NCBI GenBank assembly: GCA_034440515.1
Contig: JAWXCF010000049.1
Span: 12,948-76,947 of the forward strand
Direction of reading: 5' to 3'
DNA: 64,000 nucleotides
Source of the DNA: Bacteroidota bacterium
GTDB lineage: Bacteria; Bacteroidota; Bacteroidia; CAILMK01
Position 1 is the first letter of the stretch; the number at the start of each line of letters is the position of its first letter. Positions 39,705 through 49,533 of this stretch are shown here, one piece after another. The notes under the pieces were generated by a model. The model did no database searches and had not been told where the DNA came from. It was given only the letters and a program-made list of their open reading frames with translations. Position numbers and translations under genes: made by a program.

Positions 39705-41588
39705 ATGGGTAAAACACTACTAATAACTGAGAAACTTTCTAAATCTTTTGGAATTAATGTACTTTTCAAAGATATAAATCTCACCATATCAGAAGGTGAT
39801 AAAGTCGCATTAATTGCAAAAAACGGAGAGGGTAAATCTACCCTACTTAAAATATTGTGCAGAAAGGAATCTTATGATGATGGTCAAGTAATAATTCCTA
39901 AAGATGTAAACATAGTTTATGTAAGCCAAGAGCCTGATTTAGACCTGACCAAGTCTGTAATAGACAATGTATTAACTACAGACAATGCAGTAACTAAAGC
40001 CATCAGAAATTATTACGCCATAATGGAGGAAGAAAACCCAGATTGGGAAAAACTGCAAGTAGCTAATGACGAAATGGAGCTAAACAATGCCTGGAACTAT
40101 GAGCAAAGAGTAACCAATGTATTGACAAAATTGGGCTTAAAACAACTAAATCAAATAACATCAGAGTTAAGTGGAGGTCAAAAGAGAAGAATATCACTAG
40201 CATCTAGTTTATTGGTTGTACCTGATTTATTAATATTAGATGAGCCGACCAACCATTTAGATGTTGAAATGACAGAATGGCTTGAGGGTTATATAAATAC
40301 ATATATACCAGCACTGTTACTAGTTACTCACGATAGGTGGTTTTTAAACAATACTTGTAACAAAGTATTAGAATTAGACAACAAAAAGCTTCAATATTTT
40401 CCAGGAAACTATGAAGATTATTTGGTGAAAAAAGCAGAACTTGAGCAAAATAATGCAACAGAATTAGATAAAAAACTAAGCCTACAGAGTAAAGAATTAG
40501 AGTGGATGCGCAGGCAACCCAAAGCTAGAACAACAAAGTCTAAAGCTAGGCAAGATAGGTATCACAATCTAAGCGAAGAAATAGTTGATAAATCTGGAGG
40601 ACAGTCAGGAGATTTGAAATTAAATCTCGGCAACACCAGATTAGGTAAAAAAATAATTACGTTAAAGCACGTCAATCATAGATTTGGTGAGACGGTAATA
40701 CTTGATGATTTCAATTTTGAATTTACACGTGGATTAAAATTAGGAATAGCTGGACCTAATGGAACAGGTAAAACTACTTTTTTAGAAATATTAACCAATC
40801 AATTAAAGCCTGATTCTGGTGAAATAGACCACGGCGATACCATCAATATTGGCTACTATCGTCAAAGATCAGTTCAATTTCCAAATGACGATAAGGTCAT
40901 AGAAGTCATTACTAACATAGCAGATTACCTAGTAATCGGAAAAGATGAAACGATAATGGCAAGTCAATTACTTACTCAATTTGGATTTCCTCCTGCAAAG
41001 CAACACACTAAAGTAAGTACACTAAGTGGTGGCGAACTTAGAAGGCTTTACCTGCTGACAATACTAATGAAGCAACCCAACTTCATAATATTAGATGAGC
41101 CTACTAATGACCTTGACATCTTTACCATTCAATTATTAGAAGAATTTCTAGTTTATTTCTCTGGTTGTGTATTAATAGTAAGTCACGATAGGATGTTTAT
41201 GAACAAGATAGTGAATAACTTATTGGTATTTAAAGGAGAAGGCGAAGTAGTTCTTTATAGCGGTAGCTATTCTGACTTTAGAGAAGATGAAAAAGCTAAC
41301 GAGGGCAGTAAAGACCAAGTAGTTGATAAAGTTGCACCAATTGTTGCAACTAAAGTTGAAACTAGTACAGAAAAAACTGACAAGAAAATATCCTACAAAG
41401 AAAAACTAGAATTAGAAAAACTGGATGTAAGCATTGCTGAAATAGAAGCAAACATTAAAGTTTATGAAGACTTGCTTTCATCTGGCGAAACCAACCACGA
41501 AATTCTTCACGATTGGGCCGAGAAATTAAAAGGAAAGCAAGCCGAATTAGACTTAAAAATGGAACGATGGGTAGAACTTAGCGAATAG
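39705..41588 (+). CDS. ABC-F family ATPase (two ABC domains, no TMD; translation factor type)
   Basis: Two Walker A boxes (GEGKST..., GPNGTGKTT), two signature LSGG motifs, and a C-terminal coiled-coil extension. Confidence 0.85.
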   Translation: MGKTLLITEKLSKSFGINVLFKDINLTISEGDKVALIAKNGEGKSTLLKILCRKESYDDGQVIIPKDVNIVYVSQEPDLDLTKSVIDNVLTTDNAVTKAIRNYYAIMEEENPDWEKLQVANDEMELNNAWNYEQRVTNVLTKLGLKQLNQITSELSGGQKRRISLASSLLVVPDLLILDEPTNHLDVEMTEWLEGYINTYIPALLLVTHDRWFLNNTCNKVLELDNKKLQYFPGNYEDYLVKKAELEQNNATELDKKLSLQSKELEWMRRQPKARTTKSKARQDRYHNLSEEIVDKSGGQSGDLKLNLGNTRLGKKIITLKHVNHRFGETVILDDFNFEFTRGLKLGIAGPNGTGKTTFLEILTNQLKPDSGEIDHGDTINIGYYRQRSVQFPNDDKVIEVITNIADYLVIGKDETIMASQLLTQFGFPPAKQHTKVSTLSGGELRRLYLLTILMKQPNFIILDEPTNDLDIFTIQLLEEFLVYFSGCVLIVSHDRMFMNKIVNNLLVFKGEGEVVLYSGSYSDFREDEKANEGSKDQVVDKVAPIVATKVETSTEKTDKKISYKEKLELEKLDVSIAEIEANIKVYEDLLSSGETNHEILHDWAEKLKGKQAELDLKMERWVELSE

Positions 41589-41602
41589 TTATTTTCTACT
41601 TA

Positions 41603-42475
41603 CTATTTTGTAACTCTATAACCATATTGTGCTATGATTTCTGCCCTAGTCAAGTCAAGGCTGGTTACCGTCATTGGAATGTTAGAGTATGGTCTTCCTG
41701 CCACATTCTTAGGCTGTTTTACAATATTTAAGGATACGTCTGTCCCTTTTAAAGTTTTACCAAACACAGTATATTCATTGTTTAGATTAGCTGTACCAGA
41801 AGTGTTTACTACTATGTAAAACTGACTACCATTGCTGGCTTTAGAAGGATTTTGAGCATCACCTAACCTTGCTGCACCAACAGCACCAAAATCGTGCTTT
41901 AAACTTGGCATTATTTCGGCAGGAATGGTATAGCTGGGACCACCTGTTCCGTCATTAGTTGAGTCTAAGTCTTTTGAATTAGGATCTCCACCTTGTATCA
42001 CAAAATTATTTACAAGTCTATGGAATGTTGTTCCATTTAAATATTGCTGAGAAGTCAACTTTAAATAATTATTTCTATGAAACGGTGTTTCGTTGTATAA
42101 AAAAACAATCATTTCTCCGAAGCTTGTATTTATTTTAAGTAATCTTTCCTTAATTATCATATCTGCTGTGCCTGATACACCGGTACCATTTTTCACAGTT
42201 CTAAGAGTAACTACATAAGCAAAAGCACTATCGTAAGTATGCATTATGCTATCACCAGTACTAAACTCGGTTTTACCATCACCAAAATACCACTGTCTTT
42301 TTTCAGTGCCCGATTCTGGATTTAAGTGTTTAAAAGTTACTGTTTTACCAGTGTAATCAACAGTCGAACTGAATTTAGGTGAAGGCTGGGATAAAGTATC
42401 TTTTGCTTTGTCACAAGAAATAAAGCTAAAAGTAAATAGACAAATAAATGCTATCGATTGAAGTATATGTTTCAA
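41603..42475 (-). CDS. Lipoprotein peptidyl-prolyl isomerase: PKD-like domain fused to cyclophilin domain
   Basis: Lipobox (FSFISCD). WYFGDGKTEF...HTY is a PKD pattern. [15 protein letters not shown] and GTGGPSY are cyclophilin motifs. Confidence 0.75.
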   Translation of the reverse strand: MKHILQSIAFICLFTFSFISCDKAKDTLSQPSPKFSSTVDYTGKTVTFKHLNPESGTEKRQWYFGDGKTEFSTGDSIMHTYDSAFAYVVTLRTVKNGTGVSGTADMIIKERLLKINTSFGEMIVFLYNETPFHRNNYLKLTSQQYLNGTTFHRLVNNFVIQGGDPNSKDLDSTNDGTGGPSYTIPAEIMPSLKHDFGAVGAARLGDAQNPSKASNGSQFYIVVNTSGTANLNNEYTVFGKTLKGTDVSLNIVKQPKNVAGRPYSNIPMTVTSLDLTRAEIIAQYGYRVTK

Positions 42476-42556
42476 AGTACTGAAAATTTAGGAAATCAAA
42501 TGTAATGTATTTATGATTATAAGCGGATTTAAAGTTCATAGATTTGAGCAATAATT

Positions 42557-43489
42557 ATGTCGAAAACGCTAAAGGCTTGGATTCTGCTCCTAATTCTTGC
42601 ATTAATATGGGGCAGCTCTTTTTATTTCATAAATAATGCCCTTCAATATTTTTCACCTTTTCAGGTAGGGTGTTTGCGGTTATCAATAGCTGGATTAATC
42701 TTATTTCCGTTTATTATTCCACAATTAAGGACTTTAAATAAACGACAACTTTTTGGCAGCATTTGCTTTGGTTTATGCAATGCGGGACTACCAGCTTTCA
42801 TATTTGCTTGGGCTCAACAATATGTACAAAGTAGCACAGCTGGTGTGTTAAATGCTTTAACACCAATGTTCAATTTCTTAGTTGGCATCTTGTTTTTTCA
42901 AGTAATATTCAAATGGAATAAATTGGCAGGTGTTGTAATAGGATTCATTGGTGCTATTGTTATCATAAATGGAGCAACAAAACTTGGTATTCATTCACGT
43001 ACATTGAAAGGTGAGGCCCATTTAATTCATTACTTAGCAATCGTATTTGCGACCTTCCTATATGGAATAAGTGGAAACATAATGGCGAAGTATTTATATG
43101 ATGTGAAAGGGTATGTTGTATCTGGATTAAGTTATTTTAGTTTTGGCATACCTTTATTAATTATTTGCCTAACAACGACAGATTTAGGTGATAAAATTAT
43201 GAATATTCAATCCGTTTACGATAAACCTATTTATAGCATTTTGGGTTTATCAGTATTGGGATCTGCCTTAGCCATAATTTTGTTTAGTAGTTTGGTCAAG
43301 GCAAGCAATTCACTATTTGCAACCTCTGTAACTTACCTAATTCCATTTGTAGCTTTATGCTGGGGAATTGGTAGCAAGGAAACCATACAATTTAGCATAT
43401 ACGTTGGGTTGATTATGATATTGGCTGGTATAGCCATAGGTACAATTAAGTTTAAGAAGAATAAATTAATTAAAATAAAAAAAGTATGA
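42557..43489 (+). CDS. EamA/DMT-family 10-TM transporter
   Basis: Duplicated 5-TM EamA domain pattern. Its stop overlaps the start of the next gene by 4 nt (ATGA). Confidence 0.8.
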   Translation: MSKTLKAWILLLILALIWGSSFYFINNALQYFSPFQVGCLRLSIAGLILFPFIIPQLRTLNKRQLFGSICFGLCNAGLPAFIFAWAQQYVQSSTAGVLNALTPMFNFLVGILFFQVIFKWNKLAGVVIGFIGAIVIINGATKLGIHSRTLKGEAHLIHYLAIVFATFLYGISGNIMAKYLYDVKGYVVSGLSYFSFGIPLLIICLTTTDLGDKIMNIQSVYDKPIYSILGLSVLGSALAIILFSSLVKASNSLFATSVTYLIPFVALCWGIGSKETIQFSIYVGLIMILAGIAIGTIKFKKNKLIKIKKV

Positions 43490-43929
43490 CAACAGGAAAA
43501 ATTGTAACCAATAAGGGTACTATGGATTTAGAATTCTATGATACAGATGCACCAGGAACTGTAGCAAATTTTACCAAACTAGCAAATAATGGATTTTACA
43601 ATGGGCTAAAGTTTCATAGAGTAATTCCAGGTTTTGTGATTCAAGGTGGTGACCCCCGTGGAGATGGTACTGGTGGTCCTGGCTATTCAATTCCTTGTGA
43701 GACTAGTGGTGGAAATCAGTTTCACGACAAAGGGGTATTAAGTATGGCACACGCCGGTAAAAATACTGGAGGTTCTCAGTTTTTTATAGTATACTCACGT
43801 AACTCAACCAGTCACTTAGACGGTCAACACACTTGCTTTGGAAAAGTAACCAACGGTTTGGATATTATTGATCAGATAAAAGAAGGCGATACTATAGAGA
43901 GTATTACCATCAACAATATTGAAAATTAA
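43486..43929 (+). CDS. ppiB: Cytoplasmic cyclophilin-type peptidyl-prolyl cis-trans isomerase
   Basis: [22 protein letters not shown] and SMAHAG...GSQFFI motifs. 147 aa. Confidence 0.9.
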   Translation: MTTGKIVTNKGTMDLEFYDTDAPGTVANFTKLANNGFYNGLKFHRVIPGFVIQGGDPRGDGTGGPGYSIPCETSGGNQFHDKGVLSMAHAGKNTGGSQFFIVYSRNSTSHLDGQHTCFGKVTNGLDIIDQIKEGDTIESITINNIEN

Positions 43930-43956
43930 TAAGAATTTACAAATTCACTTTATTAT

Positions 43957-43985
43957 GCCTGGCTATTTTAGTCAGGCTTTTTTAT
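43957..43985 (+). terminator. Rho-independent terminator after the cyclophilin gene
   Basis: GCCTGGCTATTTTAGTCAGGC followed by TTTTTTA. Confidence 0.65.
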
Positions 43986-44204
43986 GAATACAATGTTTGT
44001 AAAAACGTAGCGGACCTAATTCACTTGGAATTCGTCCGCTACTACCCTAACCAACCAAAACACTCTTAAGTACAAAGTACTTTGCTTTATTAGGTTTTAT
44101 GAAAGTTCAAACATATATCATAATGCGTGCCTTACTTATTAATTTTGATGAAAGGGTAAATTTCAATGATGAAAATTTCTTATTTAGGTACGAATAAGAT
44201 TTTA

Positions 44205-45581
44205 CTACTTTTCAGTACATATTTGTTGCAACTGTAGTTTGATGGGCATAACAAACACGTTGTTAGTTTCATCACTTTCTTTAAATTTATTGGTCGGATC
44301 AACTTCCACTACCAAATAATATTGCCCATTACAAGTATTCTCAGGGATAGTAACATATTGCCCCTCAAACGACTGACCATAATGGTCTATTCCCCCAACA
44401 CTAATACCCTGTAGATTGCTTTCACACTTTATATAGTGCCCAAAACCATAATTAGGTAGGTTCTGCACACTTTTATACCCATTATCACCATCTTGGCACA
44501 TCTGATTTTCATCCGTACAATTACCTGAGTCAAACAGACAATAACTTACTTTATGCCCAATGCTAAGTACTGGCCATTTACGAGCGTCAGGCTCGCCCTC
44601 AATTTTATTTCGAAGTGTTATTTCTATCCAATCATCGGCGTGAAAATGATTATGTCCCCTGCTACTGTCAAAGTAATTAGTACCAGCTCGTTTTCTGTAT
44701 GTTGATATTTTACCTTTTTTCTTATAGTAAATAATCTGGTCTAAATACTGCCTAGCGTTTTGGCCATTAGGGCATCGTATAGGACCATCTACTGGTTTGC
44801 CATCACAAATCCAATTGCCTGTTCCTTGAGTTTCAAGTGGCCCGAACCCAATATTTGGCGTAGCCACAGCTAATCTTACCTGCCTTGGATAATATTTATC
44901 TGTAGTCGAGTACTCTTGAAATTGAATTTCTGTCATTCTAGCACCAATAATTAAATCTGGTAGTAATTCGCATTTCTTACTCTTACGCTTTGGGCAAGCA
45001 CAGGCTGTTGGATTATTTGTATTACAAGGAGTATATGCTTCTTTTGGTGGTTGATTGCCAAAGTCTAAATGAACATAGTCTATGGTACCTTCTACGTCTA
45101 TTAATAAATCTTGAACTACCAAATACCAAGTACCATTTGGATTCTGATTATTGTTGAAATCATTAATTTTTCCATCTGGAATATAAGTTCCTACATAAGG
45201 TGCTTTATTCTCATATAAATGACCTGAAAAACCATTGTCTGCAAAGCAAGTTTCTAAATAATTTTTACCATTATCACCTCCATTTCTATTAGTTACCCAA
45301 ATTGAAGTTGAATCTGGTGAAATCAATTCAATTTTTAAATCGGAAATTCTGTCGTGGGTAATATTTAAGCATACTCTTTCAAGTCCAAACCTTGCGTCAA
45401 TTTTATCGGGTAGCCCTGAGACTTGGACAGCTATAATATATGGTCTGTAAGTAGCGTCATTGTCAGGAATTTGCCCCCCCCTAGTGGTTATGCGTTGTAC
45501 TTCGTGTTTATTTTGTGCAGTTATTTGACCTACATAAAATAATGCTATAATAAGAAAAAAAAATTTGCAGTTCATAGTCAT
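44205..45581 (-). CDS. Secreted lysyl-oxidase-like copper amine oxidase domain protein with N-terminal proprotein-convertase P-domain
   Basis: Signal peptide and a P-domain-like block (RISDLKIELISPDSTSIWVTNRNGGDNGKNY). The C-terminal block aligns with the human LOX catalytic domain: HNHFH vs HQHYH (copper site), GHKVSYCLFDSGNC vs GHKASFCLEDTSCD (LTQ lysine), and GQYYLVVEVDPTNKFKESDETNNV vs [24 protein letters not shown]. Confidence 0.65.
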   Translation of the reverse strand: MTMNCKFFFLIIALFYVGQITAQNKHEVQRITTRGGQIPDNDATYRPYIIAVQVSGLPDKIDARFGLERVCLNITHDRISDLKIELISPDSTSIWVTNRNGGDNGKNYLETCFADNGFSGHLYENKAPYVGTYIPDGKINDFNNNQNPNGTWYLVVQDLLIDVEGTIDYVHLDFGNQPPKEAYTPCNTNNPTACACPKRKSKKCELLPDLIIGARMTEIQFQEYSTTDKYYPRQVRLAVATPNIGFGPLETQGTGNWICDGKPVDGPIRCPNGQNARQYLDQIIYYKKKGKISTYRKRAGTNYFDSSRGHNHFHADDWIEITLRNKIEGEPDARKWPVLSIGHKVSYCLFDSGNCTDENQMCQDGDNGYKSVQNLPNYGFGHYIKCESNLQGISVGGIDHYGQSFEGQYVTIPENTCNGQYYLVVEVDPTNKFKESDETNNVFVMPIKLQLQQICTEK

Positions 45582-45592
45582 ATACTTGCAGG

Positions 45593-45600
45593 CAAATGTA
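45593..45600 (-). promoter_or_regulatory. Candidate -7 element (TACATTTG on minus strand) just upstream of the LOX-like gene
   Basis: Exact TAnnTTTG match 12 nt upstream of the annotated ATG. This implies a very short leader or use of the second Met. Confidence 0.25.
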
Positions 45601-45728
45601 AAGGCTTCCTATTTATAATATTCAGCCATTTCTCATAGTTAAAACTAAAAAGCATTTAGCTAAAATAATAACACGCCGTTAAACTTCAAATGGCTAAGAT
45701 TGTATTTTATTATAATTAGTCCATTTAT

Positions 45729-46253
45729 ATGACAACTATCATCGGCAGTCTTGCTTTTAGTTTTATCCTTTTATTTAACACTTTTATATTACAAGGTGAT
45801 AGAGTTATGCCAGAAGTTGTAGGAAAAGATTTGAATGGAAAGAAAGTGGTATTACCTGCAGCAGCACCTAGAAAATTTATATTATTGGGAGTGGCATCAT
45901 CTGTAAAGTCAATGGATTATATACAGAAATGGGCTGAAGAAACTACTAAAGCCTTTGATGGTAACCAAATGTACCAAGTCGCACTATATTTTGCTGGTTT
46001 CACAGAAAACATTAAGGCAATCAGTCAAGATAAAATTTTCTTGAAAATGAAAGAAAATGTTTCAGAAGACTTTTATCCTCAAGTATTGCAAGTGACAGAA
46101 AAGAACGACGAGCTACTTAGCAAGATGGGTATTACTAATAAAAATGAATTTTATATCGTAATTATAGACCCACGCCACAACATAGTTCATACGGAATCTG
46201 GCGTATATACAGAAAAGAAAATGGAGGCTATTGCAGATTGGCTTACCCGATAA
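45729..46253 (+). CDS. Hypothetical protein with N-terminal hydrophobic segment
   Basis: 174 aa, no recognisable motif. Divergently transcribed from the LOX-like gene. Confidence 0.4.
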   Translation: MTTIIGSLAFSFILLFNTFILQGDRVMPEVVGKDLNGKKVVLPAAAPRKFILLGVASSVKSMDYIQKWAEETTKAFDGNQMYQVALYFAGFTENIKAISQDKIFLKMKENVSEDFYPQVLQVTEKNDELLSKMGITNKNEFYIVIIDPRHNIVHTESGVYTEKKMEAIADWLTR

Positions 46254-46300
46254 AGACTTAAATTGCGATTTTAAAATAATTTAAGCGTAAAGTAAGTACT

Positions 46301-48394
46301 ATGAACAATATTCGATATTTAAAGCACATTATAACTGGTTTTGGTTCAATATTAATTTTACAAGTTGGCACATTGAATGCTAGAACAAAAGAAGGGGAAA
46401 AGCCAAAAACTGAAACTAGTACTGTTGCCCCTGATAATAATGATGTAATAGTAGATAGATTTGCAGACCTACAAGTACTTAGATACAAAATTGACGGATT
46501 TGATGATCTAACCCCTCAACAAAAGCTTCTTTCTTATTATCTATATGAGGCAGCTTTAAGTGGTAGAGACATCATTTACGATCAAAAGTACAAGTACAAC
46601 TTAATTATGCGCAGAACATTAGATGCCATAATTACCAGCTATAACGGGGACAAATCTTCTACAAATTGGATAAATTTCGAAGTATTTGCGAAACGTGTTT
46701 GGTTTAGCAATGGAATTCATCACCATTACTCACAAACTAAAATGTTTCCTGAGTTTGAATCTACCTATTGGTTAGAGCTCATAAAGAATTCAGACAAAAC
46801 TCTACTACCTATTAAAGACAAAAGTGTAGAGGAATATAGTAAATTTATATCAGAAGTAGTCTTATCTAGAAGTAAAGACTTAAAACTGGTAAATCTTGAC
46901 AACGGTGTTGACAATATTGCACTAAGTGCCAATAATTTTTATGAAGGTGTTACCCAATTAGAGGTAGAGGCATATTACGCTAACATAAAAGATAATACAG
47001 CCACGCCGATAATGTATGGTCTTAATTCTAAACTAATTAAGGAAAATGGAGTATTATTAGAAAAAACTTGGAAAGTGGGTGGTATGTACACTGAGGCCAT
47101 AGAGAAAATTGTATTCTGGTTAGATAAAGCTGTACTTGTAGCAGAAAATCCAGAACAAAAAGAAGCCTTAGTAAGACTAATTAAGTTTTATCGTAGTGGC
47201 AATCTGAAAGATTTTGATTTATATAACATTGCTTGGGTAAAAGACGTTAACAGCTCCATCGATTTAACTAACGGGTTCATAGAAGTTTATGGAGATGCCT
47301 TGGGTAAAAGGGGAAGTTATGAATCAGTGCTAAGCATTAAAGATATGGTGGCAACTAAAACCATAAAAACCATTGGTGACAATGCTCAATATTTTGAAGA
47401 CAATAGCCCGATAATGCCAAATCATAAAAAAAAGAATGTAAAAGGCATTACTGCTAAAGTAATAACAGTGATAGTTGAAAGTGGCGATGCTGCACCTGCA
47501 ACACCAATTGGAATAAACCTGCCAAATAGCAATTGGATAAGAGAGCAACACGGAAGTAAATCTGTGTCACTTGGTAATATAGTCAAAGCCTACAACTTAA
47601 GTAAAAATTCTAGTCCTGATTTGGTAGAATTTTACAATGACCCTGCTGTAATAGAAAGAATTAGAAAATATGGAGCCATTGCTGGTGACCTACATACCGA
47701 TATGCACGAGGTGATAGGTCACGCATCAGGTAAAATAAATGAAGGAATTGGCACTCCTGATTTAACATTGAAAAATTACGCTAACACACTAGAAGAAGCT
47801 AGGGCTGATTTAGTTGGACTATATTATATACTAGACCAGAAGCTAGTTGACCTAGGTGTTATGCCGAGTATAGAAGTAGGTAAAGCACAATTTGACATTT
47901 ATATAAACAATGGATTAATATTGCAACTAAATCGAATAAATTTAGGAGACAATATAGAGGAAGCTCATATGCGTAATCGCCAGTTAATTGCAGCTTGGGC
48001 ATTTGAAAAAGGAATGAAAGCAAAAGTAATTACTAAGTTTACTAAAAAAGGAAAAACCTATTATAAAATAAACGATTACAACAAGTTAAGAGAATTATTT
48101 GGTGAATTACTAAAAGAAATTCAAAGAATTAAATCTGAGGGCGACTTTGCCGCAGGTTCTAAATTAGTAGAAACATACGGAGTAAAAGTTGATCAGAAAC
48201 TGCTGAAAGAAGTTAAAGATAGATTCTCTAAACTAAACATAGCACCCTATAAAGGATTTATGCAACCAAAACTAGTAGCAGTATATGATGGTAATGGAAA
48301 CGTAAGTGACGTAAAGGTTCAATATCCAGATAGCTACAAAGAGCAAATGTTAGAGTACGGTAAGAAATATAATTTCTTACCAAATATGAACTAA
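46301..48394 (+). CDS. Secreted M49-family dipeptidyl-peptidase III-like zinc metallopeptidase
   Basis: HEVIGH plus downstream EEARAD match the DPP III HExxGH / EExR(A)E zinc motifs. Signal-peptide-like N-terminus. About 690 aa. Confidence 0.65.
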   Translation: MNNIRYLKHIITGFGSILILQVGTLNARTKEGEKPKTETSTVAPDNNDVIVDRFADLQVLRYKIDGFDDLTPQQKLLSYYLYEAALSGRDIIYDQKYKYNLIMRRTLDAIITSYNGDKSSTNWINFEVFAKRVWFSNGIHHHYSQTKMFPEFESTYWLELIKNSDKTLLPIKDKSVEEYSKFISEVVLSRSKDLKLVNLDNGVDNIALSANNFYEGVTQLEVEAYYANIKDNTATPIMYGLNSKLIKENGVLLEKTWKVGGMYTEAIEKIVFWLDKAVLVAENPEQKEALVRLIKFYRSGNLKDFDLYNIAWVKDVNSSIDLTNGFIEVYGDALGKRGSYESVLSIKDMVATKTIKTIGDNAQYFEDNSPIMPNHKKKNVKGITAKVITVIVESGDAAPATPIGINLPNSNWIREQHGSKSVSLGNIVKAYNLSKNSSPDLVEFYNDPAVIERIRKYGAIAGDLHTDMHEVIGHASGKINEGIGTPDLTLKNYANTLEEARADLVGLYYILDQKLVDLGVMPSIEVGKAQFDIYINNGLILQLNRINLGDNIEEAHMRNRQLIAAWAFEKGMKAKVITKFTKKGKTYYKINDYNKLRELFGELLKEIQRIKSEGDFAAGSKLVETYGVKVDQKLLKEVKDRFSKLNIAPYKGFMQPKLVAVYDGNGNVSDVKVQYPDSYKEQMLEYGKKYNFLPNMN

Positions 48395-48419
48395 ATAATC
48401 ATTCATTTTGCTAACAAAT

Positions 48420-48458
48420 ACACCTGCCCTAGATTCACATTTTAGGCAGGTGTTTTTA
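48420..48458 (+). terminator. Rho-independent terminator after the DPP III-like gene
   Basis: ACACCTGCC...GGCAGGTGT 9-bp stem followed by TTTTTA. Confidence 0.7.
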
Positions 48459-48487
48459 TATAAAGTCCACCTCAATACTACGTTAAT

Positions 48488-49492
48488 ATGATAGAGCCAA
48501 CAAAATCTAAAAAAAATGACGATGAAATACTCGAATTTGAAAGTAATGACAGAAATAAAGTACCAAATAAACAAGATGACCTTGGTCTAGGAACTAAAAT
48601 AGTTGAAAAAGATGCCCGTTGGGTTAATCCTGATGGTACATTTAATGTAAAGCGTGAAGGAATACCTTGGTACCATAAACGAGGGGTTTATCATTACACC
48701 CAAGAACTTTCCTGGCCTAAATTTATAGGAATGATTCTGCTTGCTTATTTAGGCATTAATCTCGTTTTTACAATTTTGTATTTGTTAATAGGTACACATC
48801 AAATAAATGGAATGGGACAAGGTGAATTGGGGAAATTTTGGGAGGCATTCTTCTTTAGTGTTCAAACCTTTACCACAGTAGGTTATGGTGGGCTAAGTCC
48901 AAATGGTTTTGCTGCACATATAGTTGCTTCAATAGAAAGTATGTCCGGTTGGATGGGTTTTGCCATTGCTGGTGCCTTAATGTTTGGTAGATTTAGCAGA
49001 CCTAGAGTGAAAATACTTTACAGTCACAATATTATAATTGCACCTTATGCAGATGGTAAAGGTCTAATGTTTAGAATGGTAAATAAATTAGATAACCAGT
49101 TAATTGAGGTAAATGTGTCTGTAATAATGAGTATAAACGGAACAGAATCTCAAGCAGGTAAAAGACAATTTTATCAATTAAAACTTGAGCGTAGTAAAGT
49201 AGATTTTTTTCCGACTAGTTGGACGGTAGTTCATCCTATAAATGATGAAAGCCCAATGAAAAACCTAAGCATCGAGGATTTAGATAATAGAAAAACAGAA
49301 TACTTACTTCTTATCAAGGCTTGGGATGAAAGCTTTAATCAAACTGTTTATACTAAGCACTCTTATGTAAGCGAAGAATTGGTAAACGGAGCGAAATTTA
49401 AATCGATGACAGATATGGACGGTCGAAGTGAAGTTGTTCTTCATTTAGATAAAATAAATGATATAGAATTATTATTAAACAGCGAGTTTTAA
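48488..49492 (+). CDS. KirBac-type inward-rectifier potassium channel
   Basis: Slide helix, two TM helices flanking a pore helix with the TVGYG selectivity filter (AFFFSVQTFTTVGYGG), RFSRPRVKI after M2, and a C-terminal Ig-like cytoplasmic domain. 334 aa. Confidence 0.8.
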   Translation: MIEPTKSKKNDDEILEFESNDRNKVPNKQDDLGLGTKIVEKDARWVNPDGTFNVKREGIPWYHKRGVYHYTQELSWPKFIGMILLAYLGINLVFTILYLLIGTHQINGMGQGELGKFWEAFFFSVQTFTTVGYGGLSPNGFAAHIVASIESMSGWMGFAIAGALMFGRFSRPRVKILYSHNIIIAPYADGKGLMFRMVNKLDNQLIEVNVSVIMSINGTESQAGKRQFYQLKLERSKVDFFPTSWTVVHPINDESPMKNLSIEDLDNRKTEYLLLIKAWDESFNQTVYTKHSYVSEELVNGAKFKSMTDMDGRSEVVLHLDKINDIELLLNSEF

Positions 49493-49533
49493 TTTTGAAT
49501 GTTTAGTATTCAGCATAAATAGCTGACCTATGT

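Noticed and set aside
45624-45705. 8-bp inverted repeat (AGCCATTT … AAATGGCT) spanning about 55 nt in the LOX-like/hypothetical divergent spacer as an operator
   Set aside because: It is short, has a long spacer, and lies in AT-rich DNA. This is compatible with chance.
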